A stretch of DNA of 64,000 nt from Lepidodermella squamata. Taxonomy: Eukaryota > Animalia > Gastrotricha. Under the pieces are notes generated by a model. The model saw only the letters and a program-made list of their open reading frames with translations. It did not search any database and was not told the DNA's origin. Shown here piece by piece: positions 11,031 through 23,600 of the stretch. Location: assembly GCA_047495785.1 (NCBI GenBank), contig JBLDXI010000042.1, positions 2,542,001-2,606,000 of the forward strand, given 5' to 3'. The translations under genes and the position numbers were made by a program. How positions within the stretch are numbered: the first letter of the stretch is position 1; every line of letters begins with the position of its first letter.

Positions 11031-13911
11031 TCAACTAGCAGACAAATAATTGTGTATAAACGAGTTTAATTCGCCATCGACCCATCCGGCTCGGTTTCTC
11101 AGAATCTTCGCCTTGTTGTTGGCTTCCTCGACGGCGACGGTTCTTTGCACAACAGTGGTCAATTCAGTTTCCCACTCGTCCTTCACGCGGGAGGTAGCTT
11201 GAATAGCAGCTTGGCCAATCGATTGAACATGCGCTTGAACTTGATGAGCGCATGAAGCTGAAGTCAAATCAGCAACTTGTTGCAATTTCGTGGCACAATA
11301 GCCCGCATACTGCGATTTGAAGGCCCTTTCTTTCGCCCGAGTAGTCCAAGTAGCGCGTTCGTACATGTACAAGCCACCGTACATAGCGCCACCAACGACC
11401 AAGATCTTCCAACCAACCATTCTGAAGGCCAGAAAGCCGAACAACACGATTGCCATGCTCGATTTAGCCGCAGTTTCAGCCATGTTACTCACGACCAGAG
11501 CAGCTAAGGCACCATTCTTTTCTCCCAGGTTGTTGGCCAACGGGATATTCGCGGCTGATGAATTGCGGCGGAACCACTGTTCGTGAAATTTGTTCGCAGT
11601 CTTGTTCCAGCCGAACCATTTCTGAAGAATATTACTCAGCCCGAGACTGAAGTGAAATTCAATGTCCTCCGTGAAATCGCCGCATAAATTGTGGCAATCG
11701 ATTGTGTAGATGATACTCAAATCACGGTAACCAGCTGCGTTTGCAGACATAAGAACCGGGGCGATAACTTGCTGTGATAATTGTTGGCGCATGTCTTGAG
11801 GCACGATTGCTGTCAAATTATCACCGAGTTGCTTCTGAATCTCATCGACACTTTGCAATAAACGAGTTGAACAGCGGTGTTTCAAATTTCGACACAAAGC
11901 TGATTCAAGGTGCTCCATCAGTTCTTTCTTGTAAACGGCCAAAACAGCAGCATCTGAATGGAAAGGTCGTTCGAATTCGTCCAATAGAGCTGGGAGTCGC
12001 CGAATTTCGGCTCCAAGAGCAGTAGATACTTGTCGATTAACCTCATCACCTGAAAGATAGATAAAATTGTAAGTCACGGAAAATCGAATTAAGCGAATCA
12101 ATTTGTCTTAAGAAAACATCAGACCCGTCTTGAAGAAGATAAACTTGTCATTTAAAATCAAATCTTCAATTATCATCACAATGGAACTTGTATTGGCCAC
12201 GTCAGCCAGTGACGGATTAAAACATACCCAAATGAGAAATCTGCTTCTTGAATTCAGATTGAAGGCGGTGGACATTCTTTTCGAATTGCTCGATGCGTTG
12301 AACAAGCTCTTGGCGCCGTAGAATGAGTTCATTCCTAAAAACGTGCAAATTTTAGCAATTGCCGCATTATTGTTAAATCCCGACGTACTTTTTGTTACAC
12401 GTCTTTTCATAAGCCGAGTCCATGGCGCGGCGCAGGTCAGCGAGTAACGCCTTGCCACATTGAACATGCTGCTCGAATTTCGTTTGAATAGCAGTGTGAC
12501 TGATGCATTCTTCAAAGCGACGTTCGAATTCATCAAATGCCATAACGCGCTGCAAGTAGCCCTCCTGTAATGTACCCATGGGTGGCTGAATACCACGCTC
12601 TTGTTGAAGCCTATACGCAACATCGAAGAATAGAGAATTTCATTGGGAGATATCTTACATACCTGTAAGCGAGAGTCTCTTTGGAAGACACAAAGAAAAC
12701 GCGATTTTCCGCTTCAGAGCGCGTAACAACTTTCAATTCATCAACCAAAAAGCGAATATTGCGTTCCAAGTGTTGGCGCCGCACCTGAAAAATACCAAAT
12801 TTTATTTGATGATAAGTCATATTGCTCGCAACTCTTACCTGTTCCATAGTCTCTGGCTCGCCAGCAGATGCATCCCACCGGTTGTTCAAAATAAATACAT
12901 TAGGCTTCGAGAGGCGATCACTGACTTTGACAAAAAAGTTCTTCTCGGTTTGCATGACGGTAGATTCGGCATTGCTGACGAAAACAAAAACATCAGCGTC
13001 TAGACAGTATTTATCGATCCAAATATCGAAATCGGGCGATATATCGATGCCAGGACTGTCTACGAGGAGAACTTCTTCCTTCAACATTTGACATTTGCTT
13101 TTCGGCCAAATGATTCGGATCATTGCATTCGAGTCAGCTTTCTGCTCGCTCAGAGCATGAGCAAGCTGCGAGATAGACTGAAAAGGGCAACATATCAAGT
13201 AAATGATAGGCTGTGGCTGAAAGTTCTAACTTACTAAAATATTTTTTGGATCTCCGGAGTCTTCTGTGAGAATGTAACCGTCCTGTGTATTGCTACCTTC
13301 AACCTGGATAAAACAGTTGGTGGTATGACCGAGACCAGTGGGAAGAAGCTTCTCGTGTAGCATGGCATTGATAGTTGAACTTTTTCCATTTGAAGTTCTG
13401 AAAATAAAGCAGGGTATTAGTATTTGAGCCTGCTGACATATTTTGTGTGCATCAATTTACACCTAACATCAGACCCGTCTTGAAGAAGTAAAACTTGTCA
13501 TTTAAGATCAAACCTTCAATTATCATCACAATAGAACTAATATTGGTTAGCAAACAAACAATTTAAAAATTACCTTCCAAAGAAGACTACTTTCATTTGG
13601 TTGCGGCCGATAACTTCAGTGATTGCTTTCACTTTATCACAGTAGGATTGCAGCTTTTCTACGTAGCCAGCTTCAAAATGCTCAGGACATCCTACGATGA
13701 AGTCTTGTGCTTCACAGATGAAGGCAGTAGTCTCTTTAAACGCTTCGTTGATCTTTTTCTTCGCATGACCGAAGATCTTTAACGGACTATTAACAGTTTC
13801 GCGCTGACCATTTGTCTGGAGCGCAGCAGTCCTTGATATGGGCAAGGAGGTGCCATTAGCAGAAGCGTCCTGATGTATTCCAGTTGATGATGATCGAGTG
13901 AAACCAGACAT
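11031..13911 (-). CDS. MFN: Mitofusin (Marf/fzo-like dynamin-family GTPase), ~7 exons
   Basis: MKVVFFGR|TSNGKS P-loop, [16 protein letters not shown] hairpin [30 protein letters not shown]. Confidence 0.95.
12115..12184 (-). ncRNA. SNORD21: Box C/D snoRNA, SNORD21/U21-like, copy 1 (intronic)
   Basis: Box C GTGATGA (12179-12173); guide TTCAAGACGGGT; box D CTGA (12122-12119). Guide is complementary to the conserved LSU rRNA sequence ACCCGTCTTGAA; ~70 nt upstream of the 3' splice site. Confidence 0.9.
13465..13534 (-). ncRNA. SNORD21: Box C/D snoRNA, SNORD21/U21-like, copy 2 (intronic)
   Basis: Near-identical copy offset by 1350 nt in intron 1; box C 13529-13523, same guide, box D 13472-13469; ~71 nt upstream of the 3' splice site. 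Confidence 0.9.
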
Positions 13912-14362
13912 TGTCTCAGTATGACATTATTATAAAATATGAAGATCCCAGCGTGGAAATCGCGACGCGGTAACTGGGTGAGTTTTTGAATCTCAGGCGA
14001 GGTCACGCCGCGCCCGTTAAAAACCGCACCTCACTTCAAATCGAGAAACCGCGTGCTAATTTGACACAAATAAACAGTCAAATATATTAATTAAACCCTA
14101 TTAATTTATAAATATCCATAACATATTTCCTTATATAGCTGTGGCTAAGCGTCCTTGTCGGCGGCGGAATCGAGCTGAGGAGGTCAGAAGTCAGGAGTCG
14201 GTCGACGTTGGCCAACTTGTGCTAGCAGGTTTTCGCTTTATTAATACTCATCGGCTTATGTTTCTCACCTTTTCGTCAAATGAGCTGACATTTATCGAAC
14301 ATTGAACTTGAAAACTGTGTAGAATTTTAAAGAATGACAGTTTTCTGACCCGTTGTTCGGGC

Positions 14363-16038
14363 ATGGCAAATAGTGCTGGCAATAGAAACAAATACGAAGT
14401 TAGTAACTTCGAACCGGCATTCACCGATCTTGATGACTTACAAGGAGCTGAAAATTCCATCAACTTGGAATTCGCATCCGTTGAAAGTGACGAACGGGAG
14501 ACTTATTACTCCGAAGAGTCAACGACAAAAAAAGCAGATCCATTAGAAATATATCGATCATTGCAGGATGATTTCGTGATTCGGGATTCTGATAGCCCAT
14601 TCGTTTATGAAAAATATTCCACACCGAAGCAATCAACGAGTAAAATTGAAGCCACTTCTTCGATAAGAATTTGTATGTATTTGTTGATATATCCGATTCT
14701 TCGATTTATTGAAACTTTTGCAGATGACTCGAAGACTCCTGAACCGGTGGAAATATCGAACAATGATGTTTTTTACAGAGATGACGACTTCGATGGCCCT
14801 ATACCTATTACATCTCTTGCCCTGCCCTTGGCACCGGCGAAACCTCAGAATCAACTAACATCTGCTGATGAAATCGGTAGATTGGACTCTGTTTTGAAAA
14901 GGTGGCAAGCTGCTGTAGCTGATGAAAGTGAGAACGAAAATATTGGAAGTCCATCCTTGAGTAAGATTTCTTCTTTACGGCTGTTTATATAACTAGATAG
15001 TGTTTTTACAGTTGTTTCACAGAGTGAATTCACCCGCAAATCACCCTCTGTCAGATTTGACGAACCCACCTATCCGACCTTTGCTGAAATATCTTTTCAA
15101 GACGCGATAGCTTCTTGCCTGGGCGTTTCGATTCAACCTAGTCACTACTCGGCTTCTGCTGTTCTCCGTCACACGACTTCTTCGACTCTAAATTGTTGTG
15201 TTTCCGCGCCCGCGAATGATTCAAGAGCTGCTACTGATCGCGCGTTGGTATTTGCGGTCGCTGATTGGCGCTACAATGAAACTCTTCCTACACACTGGCA
15301 AACTCTAGCAACTATTTACAGCAAGATAACCGGAGAGCAGAGTACAATATATCGATACGGATCGCATTGGGAAAAAATCGGATTTCAAGGCAGCGATCCT
15401 ATTACTGATTTGAGAGCTGCTGGATACCTCGGCCTGCTTCATCTGCTATTTTTGTCAACACAGGCGACTGCTTTAATGCAACAATGTTACAGCTTATCGA
15501 TACAACCTCACGGTCACTTTCCTCTTGCTATCACTGGGCTGAATTTGACTCGCATGGTGATGTCGGCGATTAGAAGTGGTCGCCTAAAAGTGGAGAAAAA
15601 CAAAACTAGGACTAATTCAATCGTCGGCGGCCGTCACGCAGCGGCAAGTGATCGATTTCTCACAGCCTCGTGTAAACTGTACGTTGCCCTGTGGCAAAAT
15701 TATGCAACTATTTGGTCGTCGAAAAACTGTACGATTCACAATTCGCACGAAGTATTGCAAAGTATGACGATTTTCCAATTTGCATGATAAATCAACTGTG
15801 AATTTTAATTTTAGAGTTGGAAAAGATGGCTCAGCGCCAGACTAATCAGCTGCTTAAACGATCGTCAAGTTGCCTCAATGGGAATTATCTACTGCAGCAG
15901 CGAAGTTCCATATATGCACCGCCTAAATCAAACGAAGAGTTCAATAGAAATAGCAACGTGCGGGCATCTAAAAATGGAAGCACTTCTCAAAGTCAACCAC
16001 AAGAAAACATAAAATACACGGATATTTCAAAGATTTAA
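14363..16038 (+). CDS. ELMOD3: ELMO/CED-12 domain protein, ELMOD3-like (~4 exons)
   Basis: YGSHWEKIGFQGSDPITDLRAAGYLGLLHL, FPLAITGLNLT; head-to-head with mitofusin. Confidence 0.85.
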
Positions 16039-16712
16039 CTTCTTTCTTTTTTCTTCATTTCTTCATTTACATGAGATGAGAAAAACACAACGCACCTGCT
16101 GCATTTTACAGTTGACTAGGCAAAACAATTTCGCAAAAGTTGCATATTTAATACGCAAAAGCATCTTTTTATTCACATATTTTTCTTTCGTATCATATTA
16201 TTCCGGAAATAGCAACATATAAATAATATTTGATAATTCCAATTTTGATAGCGCTTGAATGAACGAGTGCTCTATTTTTTGCCGTTTGCCAAGCTAATTT
16301 TATTAAATATTCCGACGGGGAAGATCTCATCATAATAATAGCAAGAATTTGTGCCGTTCCGTGAAAGCATATACTCGCCGCGATAACAAATTTTTCGACT
16401 AAATCTGAATTATAAAATCGTAAAAGAACTGCTTTTATGTAAAATAATCCTGGAAAGATAGAGCGACGAATGACTAAAATATTGCGTGTGCATTTCAGCT
16501 CGATCGCCTACGTTATTGTTATCGCTATCGTTGTTGCTGTTTTATTCTAATGGGTGGTCTGCATTCTATTATTGAAATTTCATCGCGCTGTGATGTTGAA
16601 TATGATCTTGAAGAAATATCATGTCCTAAACGAATAAAAGCGTCATTTTTCCGGAGCTATATGGCGTGTTATTCTTGTCAGCAAAGCCAGAAATACTGGT
16701 TTTGTTTCAGTA

Positions 16713-17967
16713 TTATGGCTCGGTAAGCAGTGGCTTCAATTCATACATTTTTTCATCGGAATATTTAGCGCCGCCATTTTCGTCGCGTTTATCGGTTTTC
16801 GCCATCGAAAACAAATACACGGTGGCCGTCGCAAGTATCGATCCGGCGAGTGGTCCGAACCAGTAAACCTGTTAAATTCGCCGCGGAACGATTCATTAAT
16901 GAATAGTAAACATTGTTAAAATTTAAATCGAAAAAATTTACGTGCTGATGGTTCCAACAGCCCCAGACGATAGCTGTGATGAATGATTAACGATCAATCG
17001 ACAGTAATATTTCATAAGGGACAAACCTGGCCCAACAGATCTAGCCGGGTTCATACTATCAAAATATAAATATAACTTCGATTATTCAGAGTTAATATGT
17101 ATTCCGCACCTTCCACCGGAAAAAGGCCCCTAAAAATTTGACAGTTTAGCTAATGTAAAATGGCAAAATTCAGATTTTATTTACCGCAAAGTAGATCAAG
17201 GTTGTCATAGCCACGAAGATACCGAATATTAGCGGAATTGGGGGTCGATTAGTTGGTCTACCGCTGAGTTCAATCACGTCGCAAATTGCTAAAATTGTGA
17301 AAACCAGTACGAAGGTCGCGAAGCATTCGATGAAAATAGCTTGAAAATCGGCTGAAAAATAGCAAAAATATTCAAAGCAAACTAGTGTTATTACTGTCTG
17401 TTGTACATATCAAAGGAGAAGGATTCGTGCAGAGGAAGGGTCCATCAGCGCCTGGAATTGACCTAAGAACGGCCGATAGGGCAAAGGATGCGACCATCGA
17501 GCCAACACACTGGCTCACAGCGTAGCCAATGGTTCGCATAACGGAAATTTTTCCGAGGAGCATGAAAGCGACAGAAACGACTGGATTGATATGACCGCCG
17601 GAAACGGGTCCTATCATTAGTACAATACCGCTTAAAATTGCGCCAACTGCTAGGCTGTTTCGCAGTAAATGATCCGTAAAAACGACCGAATCGATAGCTG
17701 CGGCTAGAGTTCCGTTGGGTTTCGAACTTCCATATACGACAAGTTCCTCATTTTCGCCCTGTAGCGATGACTCATCTGTGGGATAGCTGGCGGTGACAAA
17801 TCCGAATCCACAGGCCAGGAAAATCAACATGAATGTTCCTTGGAAAATTAATAATTAGACTGAGTAATTAGTCCGCTGTTGTTGTTACCGATGAATTCGG
17901 CTAAGAAATAAATTGCCAACCGTGGCGACTCCTCATCGTCCCAAATTTTGATTTTGGACCGTCGCAT
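16713..17967 (-). CDS. Aquaporin (MIP family, AQP8-like filter residues), multi-exon
   Basis: LAEFIG|TFML, SGGHINPVVS, GPFSGGSMNPARSVGP, VYWFGPLAG; includes ~20-32 nt exons. Confidence 0.92.
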
Positions 17968-18525
17968 TCAAGTTTCAGGAGCAATACAAACTGGGCAACA
18001 GATGAAGTGAAATGAGGCGTGAACGAGTTGTTAATCAACTTATTCGCGTTTAGCCAAATCCTAAGCAGCAGCCCAGCTGTGCCGGCAATCCTGCAGGCTT
18101 CAGACTTGCGATTATCTGCTCCAACTTGATTTATAAGCAGATCATGAAACACGCCCTCACAATATTTCGCTACTAGTACCGTCTCGCGAATGGGCAAAAT
18201 CTCAGGTTCCACGTTTATAATTCTCGTTTTATTATCAAATTAATAAATTAAATTATTAAATTATACAATTGTAAATTGCAGATTATTTGTGCAATTTTCA
18301 AATATACGTGGGTATTTACAACTTTTCCTTGAGCTGAAAATATATACAGTTCTGTCGTTTCGAGTCGATTTACATCAGAGGTATGTAATCTAACAAAAAT
18401 ATAGCAGAATTCCAGATCAACAACTTGCTACTGAGAATGAAAAAGGATAGGCCTTGCTGTTGAAAATTCCAACTATCTTCCCACACAGCAAGAATAGCTC
18501 TGCTTTTCGTTGGATCTATATAATT

Positions 18526-19792
18526 TTACAATAGATTTAGGCAAATAATCACAGAGAGAATCAGTAGAAAGGAATTCGTTAGACAGTGATGACTTTCACC
18601 CGAGCCTGCTAGAATTCTGAGTGCTCTCCATATAGGCGGAGGCTCTTGTGTGATACCCATAGTTTTCGCGAAATCCGGCAGCGCAGCGTATGGGTCATTC
18701 GAAACATAGGGCAGCATTGAAGGCTGAACTACAGTCGGTTTGACCATGCGTAGCCGAGCATTCTGGTGGTTCAAATAAGCCCCGCTATTCGAGTGATCAA
18801 TCTTCCTCGACTGCGGTGGCCGGTTCGATTGACTAGTAGGCCCACCCCCCTTCCGACGGCTGAGACTGGGCGCCCTAGCTGCGGACCGCTCGACAAGATC
18901 CGCCAGGAGGGACGGCGAGGGTGGCACTAAAGCATCGCCGAATAAATCATTAGGCTGCGGTACCATCAAAACTGACGGTTCAGTGCCCGGATAGTAATCC
19001 AACGATTCTTCATACGGCCGGCCGTATTGGCCAATTTGGTCCATGTACCTAATAGGCTGATGGAGTGGGCCGATAGTTGTTACCCTATCCAGCTCATCCG
19101 GAAAGTCCGTCGACGGGCGAGGCGGAGGAGTCAATACTATTACGGAATCGCCGGATTTTTGCATAATATTATTTTTTGTTTGCTTCGGCGCTCTAACAGT
19201 TGCATTAAGGTCATTGCAATTGTCATCCGTGCAGCATTGAACAGAAAGAACATCGACGTAAACAGCGGTTTCTGAACCAAGGTAGATGTGCGTACTCTTC
19301 CCTAGCAGTTTTTTCTGGGCCTCGCACGCTTCGAGCGACATACACATTTTAAGGGTGAGATCTTCGTTAAAAGTGGTGTCGTAATAAATGACTTGGGAAC
19401 AGGCAGGCGTGACAGATGACAGGGCTAACGTACTGTCGATTTCATTAATCGAATAATCTGGATTGGCAGGTTTCGGTTCCAACTCGCAAGACATAGGAAA
19501 TCCTAAGTCCGGAACATTCAGAGCTCGAGAAAAATACGAATTGTGCGAGTTTCCGTAGGTTCCACAAGCCGTGCTAAAATGAAGTTGAAATTAATTGATA
19601 TTAAATTGTTTGATTCGAGGTCGAACCTTGATTCTCCATTGCAGCCGCAACAGACGTAGCATTGAAGAGCTGGAAAAATTGGGTTGATGATAAATTGATC
19701 AAGTAGGAAAATTCTTTACCGAAATTCGGCTCTGGAAATTCGAGAGTAGTGATTAATGTAATTAGGAACCATTTTTTAACGTAATTAGCCAT
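18526..19792 (-). CDS. Ly6/uPAR (three-finger) domain protein with Pro-rich stalk and GPI-type tail
   Basis: N-terminal hydrophobic exon; LQCYVC...CCTDDNCN signature; C-terminal SGESHHCLTNSFLLILSVIICLNLL. Confidence 0.8.
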
Positions 19793-20690
19793 ATTTCATA
19801 TGTTTAATCTCCTGTGTGCACTTGAAAATTAGGGATCGCGATCACGCGGGCGCGGTGTTGTGGGAACGCCACCAAAGTTTCGCTGTCGCTGTCGTGTTTT
19901 CGTGGCTTGGCCACGTGCGCGCGCGAAAACACCGTGCGCATCAACAACAACATGGCAATCGATCCTGAGTAAACAAGCCGCAAACGTAAAACTAACAATT
20001 TGCAAAGCCACTACCTGATGGATAAATTTCAGCGTTTCACAGCTCTCTAGCGCCTTTCAAAAACCAAGACGTTGTTTTCGCCAGCTCTCGGCTGTTTTAG
20101 TCGCAAGGAATCGATTGAAACGACAAAATACCTGATGTCATTTTTAGCACAACAATTTTTTATTATTTTAATTATTTTTCCTCGTCGAATTCGATTAGTT
20201 ATATTGTGCGTATAATATAATGAGAGAATATAAGAGCGATAACAATATAATATACAAACACAAAGATGATGAGTGAGACTTCTTCCTTCTTCTTCTTCAT
20301 CCGCACCATTCCCTCCGAATAATTGCTAGCTACAGCAGTTTTTCAAATTGAGATGAATAATTGTAAAAAAAAACGTGTGAGAGAGAAGCACCAACAGTTG
20401 AACTGTATAAGAGTTCGGTAGATTTTTGTCATGTTCAGGAGCTTTGATCATTTTTTTGAGTGTTTTGATTTGAGTCCGGACTAGACAATATTATAGCCTA
20501 AACAAATGATTTCAAATTATAGTATAAAGGGTATAAATAGTAATCAGATGCACAAAATGTTTGCACGTTCAATGAAACTAAATTTTTTTCGGGCATTATC
20601 ATCAGCAGCAACAAAAAAATTATCGGTATTTTTCTTTCATCTCGTAAAAAGGAGGGAATTTCGTCGAGGATATTTTCGCCTGATCTCTCG

Positions 20691-23600
20691 TCACTGATAG
20701 TGCTTGTCGTAGCGCCTCGCGCGTGAACTGAAGTAGAAACGCGACCGGATAGCTGCGCATTCGCGAACATCACGACCTTCGCGAGCCGCCGTCGGGAAGT
20801 CGACCTGCCGGCCGTTCAACCGCAGCGATTGAATACAGCCGTCGAAGTGTTTGTGGAACGAGCCGCCGCTCATTTGGCCGAGTTTCGGCGCGCCGCCAAT
20901 GTAGACGCTGCCGTCGACGTTCAGATCGGTGTCGCCGCCGTCGGACGAGAAGCTGAGGCCGAGTTGCCGGTCGTTGTCGAGCTGCAACTGGAGAGAACCG
21001 CCGCGGCGTTCGACAACAGCCGTGTGCTCACGGCCGTCATCGACTCGGTTGACACTGGTCAGCATCAGCGTGGACGTGCGGAGTGGGCTGAGGCGAACGC
21101 GGACGTGGAGATGGCCGTCGGTTACGGCGATTGCTAGGAAATCGGCAACATCGCCGTAGATGTGGGGCGGCTGGCCGTACCAGAGCAGGACGCCGTGTTC
21201 GGCTGAGGTGCGGAATTCGATGCGGATCGACTCGCTGGCTGAGCCCGAGGCGCCGCTTGACAGCGCCGATCGGTCGAGTTCCAACCAACCGCTACCGACA
21301 AAGGCTGGCTGCGACGGAATTCCGCTGTCTGAAATGAAACGAAAATTGTAGCTACGAAAATCGATCAATTTAATCGAGTGATCTACCCGCAAAAATCTAG
21401 AATTCAAAATAATCGAGATATTCGCATTGAACCTTTTCCAACCCCAAACCTAACCCTAACCCTACTTGAGGCTAGATCGATTCCGCTTGATAATCGACGT
21501 TTCAAATTCTTAGAAAAACTAGGAAAAACTAGAAGCAAGAAAATGGGTCTCAATTAGATTAGAACCAAATTATGAATACTTAATTAAATCACCCAAAAAT
21601 GCCTCCACAAAATTGTTGGAAATATCAAAAAATCCAAATGAAGTAAAAGATAAAATTACGGATGCATTTCTCATGAAGGCGTGATTATCAATTAGAACGC
21701 GGCCTAATCATGATTTTACAAATTTTATGAAACTTTTGAATTTGGTGCGCATTTTCGAAATTTGGTTCCGGTTTGAAATTTGGCTAGAATATCCAGAATT
21801 TGGAGGTGAGATGATCAATTTTGCACCCCTTTTCCAATTTTGCATCCTGAATTCTAAGCTTTTATCTCCAGCTACAGAAAACCATACCAAATTCCAAGTC
21901 CATGTCCCAAAAATGGAGATTTCATAACCAAACCAAATTTCCCACGAAAGGTTGGGAATTCGTTATTTTTGAGTCGCTGAACCATGTTTTTATTCTGTTA
22001 GCTATCGGAATTCAGCGTGAATCTTGGAAAGAGATGCCAAATAAGAGCAAGATCGGTCAATTAGATGGCTCAGATTCAGGGTCGAAAAATAACGATTTTT
22101 TTATGATTTGCGCTGAAAACTTAGATTTGGGGATGGTTTCATGTACCTTTGGGGATGCATTAAAGATAAAGTATTCAAAATACTTACTAAAACCTTTAAA
22201 AATTTCAGGGCTTTCTACCGAAAATGAGGCTGGATTCTCAAATCGAATCAATTCTAAATCAAAACTTACAAGTGAATTCGCAGTTATCACCGTGATGAGG
22301 CAGCTTGCACGAGCATTTGTAGACCTTTTCGCCAGCAACGCACTCGCCATTTGGCGGCGAGCAGGGCGGCGTCGAGGACAGCTCGAGTTGTCGGCACACA
22401 TCGACCACATTCTGGCAGTCCTCGCCGTGGAACCCAGTCTGGCACGAGCAATAATGCCGCTTACCCGGCTTATCGTGGCACAGACCGTTGTTCTGGCACG
22501 GCCTGGCGTCGCAGCCAGTCGACGGCTGGTGGCACTGCACAACGTGATAGGCCGCGACTTGATGCCGGCCAGACGCGTCGCCCTCGGGCTGCAACAGCGG
22601 CACCTGGGCCGGGCCGTGGTACAGCCACTTGATACAGCCGAGGAAACCGGTCAAGCCCGACAGCGCCGAGTGGCCGCTCAAACTGTCCAAGGTCGGATCA
22701 ACGCCTCCAACATAGACCGTCTTATCGACTCCGATCGCAAAATTTCGCATACGACCACTGACTGGGGCGGAGATGACCTTCTTCGCGCCTCCGTTCACAA
22801 TCAACTGGCCGCCGTTTTGATCACACTCTGCAATAGCCGAGTTCCAATCTGAGTATTCAACAGTCGCGTCAGACTCAATGCTAGACGGCGTGCTGCCTAG
22901 GACACTGAATGTGAACTTCACGCGGCCAGACGAGGTGAGGGAGAGCAGGAAGAAATCAGGCGAGGCACTGCTCTGCGCGAAGAACAAAATCTGGCCGCTT
23001 GAGGTACGGTGCGGCCTGAATGAAATGCCAATTCGCAAATCGGTCGGCTGGAAGTCCTTCAGGGTAGTTCGCACGAATGACGTCACGTTGAATTCTGGGA
23101 CGGTGACTACAATATCGCGAGTCTCGCAATTACGGCCCTGGAAACCGGCCGGGCAGAGGCACTGGTAGGAGCCTGGCGCCCGCTGCAGGCAGATACCCTC
23201 GCCGCACAGGCCCTTAAAGCACTCTTCCGAGGTTTGACGGTCGCAGAACATGCCGAACGAGCCGGGTCGGCAGACGCAGCGGAAGCCGCGTTCGTTGTCG
23301 AAATTCTGGCAAATGCCGCTGTTTTGGCACTCAACCGAATCGACTTGACACGTTTGGTACGACTCGAATGACGCATCGACGGCGTCGTAGTGCTCGGAGG
23401 TTGGCGAGAAGTCAATGACACGGTCCTGAACCTTAAGGCGGCTGATGGCGCCGATGAATGAATCGGTCGTCTGAATTTGCGACGAAGATCTCGGCGAGTA
23501 GGGGCGAGGTAGAGCACCGAGGAATAGGAAATTAGCCCGGAAATCGATTGCTTCATTAGGTTGGGGCAGGGTCAAGGTCTTCGAATCAACCCCGACCATC

